A stretch of DNA of 63,705 bases, the filler included, from Collodictyon triciliatum (taxonomy: Eukaryota): NCBI GenBank assembly GCA_043381765.1. It is 30 parts of 30 records of this genome, joined end to end, with 100 filler letters (N's around TTAATTAATTAA, not from the genome) between each part and the next. Parts side by side here need not be neighbours in the genome. Positions count along the whole stretch, not along the records: positions 51,762 to 53,812 come from JBHJMP010009636.1; positions 53,913 to 55,963 come from JBHJMP010009637.1; positions 56,064 to 58,114 come from JBHJMP010009638.1; positions 58,215 to 60,264 come from JBHJMP010009639.1; positions 60,365 to 62,414 come from JBHJMP010009640.1; positions 62,515 to 63,705 come from JBHJMP010009741.1; 24 more parts are not named here. The stretch is one strand, 5' to 3'. Positions 52,570-63,705 of the stretch are shown here, one piece after another. A model generated the notes under the pieces. It worked only from the letters and a program-made list of their open reading frames with translations, was not told the origin of the DNA and searched no databases. The position numbers and the translations under genes were made by a program. Position 1 is the stretch's first letter; each line of letters starts with the position of its first letter.

Positions 52570-53812
52570 ATGATGACAGCCAGCTTCGTGCGCGGTCGAA
52601 CTTGCATCGGGAAACGGAACCTCTCGGTCGATCTTCTGTGGCTGATATACCACGATTTAGAATTGCGATTGAGAACGAACTGTTCAAAGACGAACACTGC
52701 TTTGTCTTACTTCGGGGCAACCAATGGTCTGTTCACTCTTTCGCAAACCGTATTAATATGCGCAAGCAACTGCGTGCTGTAATAGAAGCCAGATATTGCT
52801 ACGAAAAGGACGTGACCCTTATGGTGGACAACCCTGGCCTCGGACTCAGAACCGCCTTCCCAAGAAAAGAAAATGCAGCTGCCATCATTAAAGAGGGGTC
52901 TTTCCAGCTTTTCAATCACCAATACACCCCCATGCCAGCAAAACTGTCACAAAGGTTGCGCACTTGTCTATTATACCACTGGAGTTGACTAGACTGATAT
53001 TTTCGAAGCCTGCAGTGAATACTTCAGCCCAATCAAAGTCAACTGGACAAAGCCTGGAGGAATATGCATGAATGATGCACTCGTTACAGTTTACAAAGAA
53101 CAGGAAAAAATGGGGAAAATACCTACCTTTGTCGTCATTCATGGCAGACGCTGTCGCGTGGAGATACGCGCCCTCAAAGAGTCTGACATCCCATCAACTC
53201 TCTCCAACAAAGAAGGGAATGACACACGAGGTCAAGCCACCCAAAAAAAACAACTACTGCCAAGCCGATCAGTACCAATCAAGCGGCCGCCAAGAAACAA
53301 AACGCCACCACTCGCTTCTCGGGCTCCAACACAAAAGTGGCCGACTTTAGCGCTGGAGACTGGCCAAGCGTGCAGGAATCGTCTGTGCAAAACAAGCTCA
53401 GAGCACAAAAACGAGGCCAAAGGTAAGGCACGTCGTCTTCTAACATCAGAGGGGAAAATAGTGACAAGACACCCACGGACAAAGTGCTCGAAGTCTCATT
53501 CAATACAAAGGCTTATAAATGGCCCCAAAATCAGAGAAATAGAGATCGAAAAAATGGAAGAATCATCAGTCGTTTGAAACATGAAAATGTCCACAAATAA
53601 GCTCTATGACGATAATCAACAGAGACACGCAGGTGTAGCGATTCTATGCAAGAAATGGATAGCCAAACTCAATCCTCGCTTCAGAGAGATTATTCCTGGC
53701 CGCTGCATAAGTCTCGATATCCAAATCGATGGAGCTGACACTCATATAATGACGACATACATGTCGCTCCAAACAGCAGGTTCAAATACTAGAATACACG
53801 AGTATGAGCTTT
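52570..53812 (+). mobile_element. Degenerate LINE: ORF1 family B plus APE endonuclease fragment
   Basis: Homologous to 20150-21135 (reverse complement); HAGVAILCKK...IIPGRCISLDI...IMTTY is an APE motif; internal deletion. Confidence 0.8.
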
Positions 53813-54249
53813 NNNNNNNNNNNNNNNNNNNNNNNNNNNNNNNNNNNNNNNNNNNNTTAATTAATTAANNNNNNNNNNNNNNNNNNNNNNNNNNNNNNNN
53901 NNNNNNNNNNNNGCAACCAACCAACCAGTTGGGACGCCCACCTGACCAGCTTGCTATCACTGATTTCTTTCCGGTGCTAGCCTCTCCACGGTAGTGTTTT
54001 CCCCTACTCGCGTTTGCTCTCTCCCATGCGCTCCCATCCCGCCCCTTTGTATGGCATAACCTCGCTGCACTTTGAACCGAATAAAGGAAAAAAATCGTTT
54101 CGTGCTAATTTTTTTAGCATTATGTTTATTGTTTTAATTACTCTTGCTCTTCTAGTTTATTCTGGAGCATTTCATAACACTATATTTTTTTTAGCGTTTA
54201 TATTGGTTCTATCTTAGACCTATTAACATCATTGTTTCATTTTATTTTA

Positions 54250-54902
54250 TCTTTCACTTGTTACTTGCTAATGAGGCTGTGTTGGCAAGGAGAAGGTCCA
54301 ACACAGACGGGTCTAGTGCGCCTTTAGTGGCCAGTTTTTCGCGAAGAGCGGAAGATTCTTGCTTGAGCAATTGGATGCGTGATTGGTCTATGAATCAGCA
54401 GTTGATATTTGAATAAGGAAACACACGCAAGCACGCAGGTAAAATTGAGACACATGTTTCAATGCATAAATTCACGAGATGTAGTGGGGTGTTTGTTCGT
54501 CTTACAGTCAATCTCGCTCTCTTCAACTCCAGCTTTCATGTACGAGTGGTTATCATCGAGAGATAGCTCTACCATAAAACCAAGGCGCGTGTTAACAAGA
54601 TGAGTGATATCGTTTGATATATCATTTGAAACTACTATGAAGTTTTTTTTTTTGCTATCTGCTTTGTGACTGACTAAAATCGGTAATAATATAGATGTAG
54701 GGCCAACCTATTTTACTGGCACACTACATGTAATCGAGTGAATCAAGAGACCATGTATATACGTTTATTTATATGTAAAAACCTCGCGTGAGTTTACTCA
54801 AGCTTGCTTGGCTCTCTTCAATAATGCTTGTTCTCTCCTGGTATAGTTTGTTTGTCTCTGTGTCGATTTCCTTAATACGCTCTTCAGGGGCTGTTTGTGG
54901 CC

Positions 54903-54998
<96 letters not shown>

Positions 54999-55925
54999 TA
55001 AAAAAGAAAAAAATGGTCGATTCAAATCCAACTTCATTCTCCCTGTTGGATGGTACATTTTACAGTGATTTAATCAACTCTTCGCAATCGCAAGATAAGA
55101 AATTAATTAAAAAGAAATGGGTAATGGGTAAAATTCATTATGTCATAGGCATAGCGGGGTGTAATATTTGCCTGGAATCTTCGACTTCTTCCAATATTTT
55201 AAATACTCTGTGCTTTGATGAGAATGCTTCATTCGTTTCTTCATCGTTTTCATCTCTGTATTCTGTTTCCTCTGCTTGCATCTGTGATAATATACTTTTT
55301 ATTCTCTGATGACCCATATGAAAAAATATTCCATTCGTGTATTCGTCTAGTTTATTTATCATTCTTGATTCTATCTGTCTTATTGTTCATAACATAATAT
55401 GTCCGATTTCTTTTAACATATCAATATGGTTATCATGAGAAGAAAGTCCACTATAAATGAATGAGTAATATCATACAAATGGGGTGATGGAAGGGTCGTA
55501 ACACTCCAACTCTAAAAATCTAAGTGAGGTTAAAATTGTATTAGCCTGAACACTATTAAAATGAAGTATTATAATATAACGTTGTGATGATGTGATGATG
55601 TGATGATGTGATGATGTGATGATGTGATGATGTGATGATGTGATGATGTGATGGTGTGATGGTGTGATGGTGTTGTGATGGTGTTGTATGTTGACAGACT
55701 TTTCCACCTCCAGCTCCAAAACAGCGTGCTTGCCATAAAGATCCTCAGAGTCAGCGTCACCCCGAGCATTACGAGTTGCCGCAAGGAGAAACGAAACAAA
55801 GTCCTTCGGCAGGTCCTGCGTCTGTGAAAGTTTGATACTGGAGCCCGACAGATCCAGCGACATCGGAGGTTGTGCGAGTGCTGATGATACGACTGCGTGT
55901 GAATGTGGAGCCCCACGTGTGAAAG
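54250..55925 (-). CDS. Multi-exon gene with a coiled-coil C-terminus, unidentified
   Basis: Series of GT-AG bounded exons ending QSRIQLLKQESSALREKLATKGALDPSVLDLLL...*. Confidence 0.5.
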
Positions 55926-58029
55926 TTGGTCAAGAGAACAAAACAAAAAAAACAAAAAAACAANNNNNNNNNNNNNNNNNNNNNNNNNNNNNNNNNNNNN
56001 NNNNNNNTTAATTAATTAANNNNNNNNNNNNNNNNNNNNNNNNNNNNNNNNNNNNNNNNNNNNTTTTCTGCGCGACTAGAGTTTGTAATAAGAAAACTAA
56101 ATTTACTTATGTCTTTTCTTTTTCTTCCAAACTCCGACTCATTTTTAATAGAAACAAACAAACAAAAAAACGAAAAGAAACCTACTCACCAGTGTATATT
56201 ACAGATCACTCAACAATCACATTTCCACCAACGAAAGCACACATACAGCCAAGAACAAAAGCCAAAGACTGGCACAACACAAGTGATCTATTGAATCCCT
56301 TTTGCTTGGACACTTATTATTTTTAACAAAACACAAAAAAAAAAGCCACCGATCAACATAAGACCAAGCAAACTGAATAATACAACATGAAAACATACCT
56401 TTATTTTTTACAAAAAGCGTTGGTTTACACCTAAGCAAGTCTTTTACCTATGTCAGAAAGTCAGAAGACTTTATCGAGAATGGGTGACTATCAAAAGCTG
56501 GCAAATAAAAATAAAATGAAAGAAACAAGAACGGGCCAAAGATGGATCCCTTCAACAAAACTTCATGTGATTGGCTCTAGTCTTGACCAGCATAATCCCT
56601 GGGTTATGTTGCGCACGAACCGACCAAAACTCAAAACACATGAAAACTTATTTACATATCCAAATAACAATAAATTCAACTATTCCTCCTTCCTGCAAAG
56701 GGTTTAGGACCCTCATCATTACAATTATTCGAGAGCCAAGGAGAGCTGGGAGTATTCAGGATTTCTGAGCCTTTCCGTTGCAAAGCATTGTTGGCCATGC
56801 ACCCAAACTATATGAAAAAGCCCTTGATTCTATTTTTATTTTTTTATCGAAGCTTTAGCTGATTTGACATTTTGCTGTTACTAAGAATTTAAAGTGAATT
56901 CTATTCCAATCTCATGCAGTTTGTGATGCTTTCTGGGAGCTTCGGGGCGATTGAATCTCTGGTTGCTCTGCCCACAGTAAGATCACTTCGATGGAGATCC
57001 TTCAAACGTAGACTTTAAGAACGTCTCTTAGATATTGGATTTGCTTTCAGGTTAGTTTTTGAACTGTTTGCTTTTCTCTTCTCAACTCGGCCTTTTTCAT
57101 GGGATTCGCCTATTGGTGGAAAAAAATAAATCCCTCGTTTATACATAGTTTCCTTTATTTGATACAAGTGAATGAAGTGGTTTTTAAGAAATTTTACAGG
57201 ACGCCGTAGTTGTTGCATGTTGGTTGAAAGCAGTGGCACGTGTCGATTAAGGGGTTCAGGCCAGCAGCGTATGGAATCTGGGTTTGTGGCTCATCAATAT
57301 ACAACCGATAGGGTCGAGAATAGTTGCAACCTTTATGAGTTGCGATTGCCAAGGACTCTGACTTCAATTTGATCGGAGGTCAAATAATCCCCTTGGGGCG
57401 AAAGCACACGCGACTATCCTGCTCTCCTTTACTATCAGATTCCTTATATTCGTTCGTTCTATTAAACTCCAAATCCAATACCCTTGATTTATGTATGTCT
57501 AGTATTCAAGGGATAGCATATAACAGCCGACAAACCAGCATAACTTCTTCAGCTTAGGCATTGGCGGAACCGGCAAGAATATTGTAAATTATTTTTTGCA
57601 GACTATGAAGAAATATACCTTAATTTTTGAATTTCAAACTACAGTATTACTAAATTTTGGAAATATAGATAATGAATTATCCATTCTTATAGTCTGAAGA
57701 CCGTCGTCCGTTCAACTTGACTCCTTGAATCTCAAAATCATACTTAAATCAACCAGATTCAGGTATGACTCATATTTGGGAAAATCACCACATATATTTT
57801 TATGATTCCAAATAAACGGTAGATTCTGATTCTTTGCTATCCTAGTTAATTTTTACGTTTACCTTTCACAAGGCATATATGATATTGAATGATGTATGAA
57901 TTAAAATAGCCAAGTTGTAAAAAATCAATCATGAGTTAATTTCAACGATATTAAAGGGGGTTTCATTGATACAAAAAAATATATACGTAATTAATACAAC
58001 AATTTTCGACTACTTTTTATTCTTCCATT

Positions 58030-58114
58030 CCATTTTGTGCAGGACGGTGGAGATATTGGCTTTGGTTCGCTAGCCATCGTTTGCACGGACGCTACTTGGT
58101 TGCCGGGTGGCGGA
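58030..58114 (-). mobile_element. LINE 3' end, same family as 3855-4222
   Basis: CAGGACGGTGGAGATATTGGCTTTGGTTCGCTAGCCATCGTTTGC is nearly identical to 3865-3910. Confidence 0.75.
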
Positions 58115-58636
58115 NNNNNNNNNNNNNNNNNNNNNNNNNNNNNNNNNNNNNNNNNNNNTTAATTAATTAANNNNNNNNNNNNNNNNNNNNNNNNNNNNNN
58201 NNNNNNNNNNNNNNATACCATCACCACATCATCACCACATCATCACCACATCATCACCATCATCACCACCACACCATCACCACACCATCACCACATCATC
58301 ACCATCACCATCACCATCACCATCACCATCACCATCACCATCACCATCACCATCACCATCACTATCACCACCATCACCATCACCATCACTATCACCACCA
58401 TCACCATCACCATCACCATCACCACCATCACCATCACCATCACTATCACCATCACTATCACCACCATCACTATCACCACCATCATCATCACCATCATCAT
58501 CATCATCTACACTTTCAAAAGAATTATTGGTTAATATCTCCGTCATGACTCTCTTACCTGTGATATTGAGAAAAATGATAAGATTGGCTCAAGAGTATCT
58601 CAATACAATTTTTTTTCACGGCTTTATCACATCCAG

Positions 58637-59786
58637 GTTGAGTTGTTGTTAGAGGCATTTAAGCGCAAGGGACTCGATATCCAAATCACAGCATTGGCAA
58701 ATGACACAGTTGGCACCATGGCCGCGTGTTCCTACAGTTCTCAGGATTGCGAGATTGGATTGATTCTCGGAACGGGATCAAATGCATGCTACATGGAGGA
58801 CTTTAGGTACTAAACACAATAATAAAATATGTCAAAGTAAAAATAAAAGAAAATAAATCAGTCAAAAAAGATAAAGAATGAAAAATCATTCATAATAAAT
58901 CTCTTTAGCTCCCTGCCTGAGGCGAAGAAGGAGGAGCCCACAATCATTAATATGGAGTGGGGGGCTTTTGACGAATCGGAAGGGAAAGTTCTTCCTCTCA
59001 CTGAATGCGACAAGCATCTCGACAGCCATTCCACCCACCCAGGAACACAGGCTTTTGAAAAGATGATATCTGGAATGTACCTTGGAGAGCTCGCTCGCCT
59101 ATTCCTCAGAAAGCTGATTGCTTTTCGCCATATGCTCAACGGAAACTCGCCCCACATCTTAAATGTGCCTTATCACTTCGAAACTGAGTACATGTCGCGT
59201 ATTGCGGGGTGAGTTTGACACCTCTTCTTGCACAAATTTACTTATTTGTTAATGGACACAATAATCTGTATTATTCATGTCATCATCAGCAGCGAAATGA
59301 TCAACCATTGGATCACTTTTGGCTTTGAGTGTCCATATAAAACTTGACAAAAATTCATTTTTGGGCGAATATATGACCACAAGCCATTAAACATTTTTTA
59401 ATCTGTACTTCGGTCTCAGAGATAAAAGCGAGTCACTCGAGGATATCGGCAACTTCATCAGGGATGTTCTGGAAGTCCCAACTGGAGGAACTTTAGAGGA
59501 CCGTAAAGCTTTTGCCGAAGTGTGCAGACTGGTCTCTGTCCGAGCAGCGCGACTCACAACCGCCGGATTGGTCGCTGTGTTGGAGCACATCAAAGCTGTT
59601 GGCCGCCAAACCACAATTGCGGTGGACGGGAGTGTCTATGAAAAGTATCCTGGATTCCAGGAAGAGATGAAAAGAACACTTGTGGAGCTTGTTGGTGAGG
59701 AGAATGCATCAAAGATTTCCCTTGTCTTGAGCAAAGATGGCTCCAGCGTCGGCGCAGCCATCATCGCAGCCGTCGCCGCTGCCTAA
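58637..59786 (+). CDS. HXK: Hexokinase, C-terminal half, spliced
   Basis: [65 protein letters not shown]. Confidence 0.95.
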
Positions 59787-60170
59787 AACACTTCACGACA
59801 TACGAGAATAAACCCTTTTTTTTTTTTTTTAAAAAAAAAAAGAATAAGAAAATATTTAATGGCCACCAAATATCATCAAATGAAAATGATGTGAATGCAG
59901 AGCAACCTAATATTAAAAGAAGGATGTGTGGGCCAGCAAATCAAGTCCCAAACTCCTCAACCTGCACAAAAATCTATACTATAAATTTGGTGGGTGTATC
60001 TGGCATGATTCTGCTTTGCCCATGTCGAATGAGAACCCCAAGACTTTAGGTTTGCATAGGTATTTGAATCGTTGAATGAACATGAAACGACGACAACAAA
60101 ACTGCTTTCACGCGCTGCCAGGTCAGCAGAAACTGACATATTATATTTCCTTTCTTCTATCGATGTTCCT

Positions 60171-60264
<94 letters not shown>

Positions 60265-60364
60265 NNNNNNNNNNNNNNNNNNNNNNNNNNNNNNNNNNNN
60301 NNNNNNNNTTAATTAATTAANNNNNNNNNNNNNNNNNNNNNNNNNNNNNNNNNNNNNNNNNNNN

Positions 60365-62096
60365 TGATGGTGCTGACTTCACTGGTGCCAACTTGGAGGG
60401 TGTTTTGTTCTATAATGCGTGCATTTCCAACTGTGTTTTTGATCATGCAAATATGAAAGGCGTCAGTTTTGGTCGCTTACCTTTATTTTTGGGACATACA
60501 GATGATGTCACCAGTGTTTGCAGTATTGAAGGACCGAATGGTGAAAATTGGCTGGCTTCTGGAAGTTATGATACAACAATACGTATTTGGGATGTATCCA
60601 CAGGAAGCCAAATCAAAACATTAGAAGGTCATACAAGCGCTGTCAATAGTGTTTGCAGTATTCAAGGACCGAATGGTGAAAATTGGCTGGCTTCTGGAAG
60701 TTGGGATAAAACAATACGTATTTGGAATTTAGCTACAGGAAACCAAATCAAAATATTAGAAGGTCATACTGATGGGGTCTATAGTGTTTGGAGCATTCAA
60801 GGACCGAATGGTGAAAAGTGGCTGGCTTCTGGAAGTGGTGATAATAAAATACGTATTTGGGATGTAGGCACAGGAAACCATATCAAAACATTAGAAGGTC
60901 ATACAAGGGATATCACCAGTGTTTGCAGCATTCAAGGACCAAATGGTGAAAAGTGGCTGGCTTCTGGAAGTGTTGATAAAACAATACGTATTTGGGATAT
61001 AGGCACAGGAAGCCAAATCAAAACATTAGAAGGACATACAGATGTTGTCAAGAGTGTTTGCAGTATTCAAGGACCAAATGGTGAAAATTGGCTGGCTTCT
61101 GGAAGTGTTGATAATAAAATACGTATTTGGGATGTAGCCACAGGAAATCAAATCAAAACATTAGAAGGTCATACAAGGGATATCACCAGTGTTTGCAGTA
61201 TTCAAGGACCGAATGGTGAAAAGTGGCTGGCTTCTGGAAGTGTTGATAAAACAATACGTATTTGGGATGTAACCACAGGAAATCAAATCAAAACATTAGA
61301 AGGTCATACAGGACCTGTCAGAAGTGTTTGCAATATTAAAGGACCGAATGGTGAAAAGTGGCTGGCTTCTGGAAGTGGGGATAAAACAATACGTATTTGG
61401 GATGTAGCCACAGGAAACCAAATCAAAACATTAGAAGGTCATTCAAGGGATGTCTATAGTGTTTGCGGCATTCAAGGACCGAATGGTGAAAAGTGGCTGG
61501 CTTCTGGAAGTGGGGATAAAACAATACGTATTTGGGATGTATCCACAGGAAGCCAAATCAAAATATTACAAGGGCATACAGAGAGTGTCAATAGTGTTTG
61601 CAGTATTCAAGGACCGAATGATGAAAATTGGCTGGCTTCTGGAAGTTGGCATAATACAATACGTATTTGGGATGTAGCCACAGGAAACAAAATACACAGC
61701 CTGAAAAAATTAGAAGCGACCTACAATGAGAAGAGCCAATTGGTCATGAAAGATAAACCTGATGAAGTCATCGCAGTATTCAATAGTACAAGTGATGTGA
61801 TGAACGTGATTGATACGAGCAGAATAATGAACGTGAGAACTGTTCGAATTATCGGCCCAAGAACACTGGAAGCAGCGAAAACTCGTATCAACAGAGCTGA
61901 ACTGGATGCGATGAACAAGAAACTATTCCTACAAGAAGGTGCTGCTTCCTTTGATGCGGACTTTGTTGCCTATTGTGAGCAGGGAAAGTTCACCACGTTC
62001 CAGGCTCAAATGATGGCTGAATGCTATGAGAATGGATGCGGTGTTGAGAAGGACATCGAGAAAGCTGCTGAATGGAGAAAGAAAGCCTCAGCTTAA
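60365..62096 (+). CDS. Pentapeptide repeats, 9 near-identical WD40 repeats and a SEL1-like repeat; C-terminal part
   Basis: ADFTGANLEG pentapeptides; 135-bp/45-aa WD40 units; MMAECYENGCGVEKDIEKAAEWRKKA. Confidence 0.92.
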
Positions 62097-62514
62097 CATG
62101 GTAAGTAATATTAATAAGTGCATATGAATATACATGTTCCTTAATTACATTTATTTTAGGTGGAGGGATTCTCTGTGTTTTTTCAAACAGACCTTCGCTT
62201 TTTCCCAGAGGAACGCTCCGTGAAAACAGAATAAAAACACAGAAATAAAAAAAATATGTAATTAATTTTGTTAAAATTTTACTTTTGTCGTATTATCACC
62301 TATATAATATAGAGGTGATAATACGACAGCCAGCCCCTCAACCCCGCTTTTTCGCCTTTATATACACATATCCCTATCTATATATGGTTAATTCCAGATA
62401 TAGATGGAATGTTCNNNNNNNNNNNNNNNNNNNNNNNNNNNNNNNNNNNNNNNNNNNNTTAATTAATTAANNNNNNNNNNNNNNNNNNNNNNNNNNNNNN
62501 NNNNNNNNNNNNNN

Positions 62515-62609
<95 letters not shown>

Positions 62610-62729
62610 AGAAGAAAGAAGATGATGGTGGTGATGGTAATGGTGATGGTGATGATGATGATGATGACGAAAAGTGACCCAAAAAGTGTTCTTATGAAAA
62701 CAGTACTGCAGAGAAAGACAAGGAAATAT

Positions 62730-63330
62730 ACCTGAACAAGGGCGTTTGTCAACTCTGTGCCTTTTGTTTCAACTCTCTTCAACTCGGCCTCTAGTATGTT
62801 CCTTTGTATCTGCATATTATTCTTCATAGTGGAGAGCTTCGAGCGAAGCTTAGATATTATCTATTATTCAGACACAGCATAAAATGATGAGAAAAATGGT
62901 CTGATATTTTTACTATATAATCTCGCAGAAAAGTTTCGACAAAGGCTTCGATACCATCACAAAATCTTTTTTTTTCAAAGTAATCATCACTTTGGGATAA
63001 GAGGAAACAAAAAGGTTGTCATCCTTTGCTTAAAACCTCATCTTTTTTCCCCAACAGTCGTCTCAGCTCACGAATCTCCATCTTGTAGCTCTCGACAAGC
63101 TCGACCTGGTCTTCAGGGTTCAAATAGCGAACATCAATAAATGGCGAGCCAGCACGCTCCCTGCATCGATACTTGTGATGAGCTAGGCTTTCACCAAATA
63201 CTTGTAGTGTGAGCGGAAGGAAGACAGGAGCAGACAAGCGGAAGAGGAAATGGGTGTGTTCGCAAGCTTGACAAAAGAGCCAACAAACTCTTCTTGGGGA
63301 GGCCGAAGGCTGTCACTTCCCGACATCGTT
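62730..63330 (-). CDS. 5' exons of a coiled-coil protein
   Basis: YLNPEDQVELVESYKMEIRELRRLL and MKNNMQIQRNILEAELKRVE exons ending at GT donors. Confidence 0.4.
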
Positions 63331-63705
63331 GCTTCTCCGCTCACAATCCCGTCGATCTGTCGCGATTATATGCGGCTTACAAATGACACTTGAGCCGTTT
63401 CAGAAAAGAGTGAGCACAGTAAAAGAAACCGGACGCTATTGTGGATGAGTGATTTTGGGGGAGCGCATAAGGTTTTGAAAGGTAGTCGGAACCGTCAGTG
63501 TGCGTACTCCGTGGCGAAAACATGTTCGACATATAAAGGATAGAGGAAAGAGACAACAGAAAGATGAGAAGCGGGAAAGGATGACAACGCTTCTCTTTTC
63601 ATCCATCTTAGAATGTCCAAAAAAAAAAAAAAAAAAAGGAAGAAAGAAAGGGAGAAAAAAAGGAGAAAAGGTTTTTTTTTTTGAGTGGGTTTATTTTTTG
63701 GGGTT

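Overview
Eukaryotic, AT-rich, intron-rich DNA (GT-AG introns, standard code), probably from a protist. It is not a contiguous locus. About 30 unplaced contigs of ~2.05-2.06 kb, in decreasing size order, are joined by 100-bp spacers (N44-TTAATTAATTAA-N44), and many end in microsatellites. Host gene fragments: BART-domain protein, myristoylated calcineurin-B-like Ca2+ sensor, LRR protein, NAD kinase, POLE3/DPB4-like histone fold, GP63-like surface protein, claudin-like tetraspan, eIF4G MIF4G, DUF4062-type protein, TMEM132-like protein, phospholipase D C-terminus with a DEP domain, hexokinase, and a pentapeptide/HET-E-type WD40/SEL1 protein. Mobile and repeat DNA: many L1/Tx1-like LINE pieces, 54-bp and 13-bp satellites, and a multicopy element. 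That element has a Helitron-type ETPEER motif in one copy and, in another, leads into an ORF whose N-terminus resembles Fanzor1 (eukaryotic RNA-guided nuclease). This is the best candidate for a notable system, but only 57 aa are visible. All family calls come from motif recognition by eye, not database searches.
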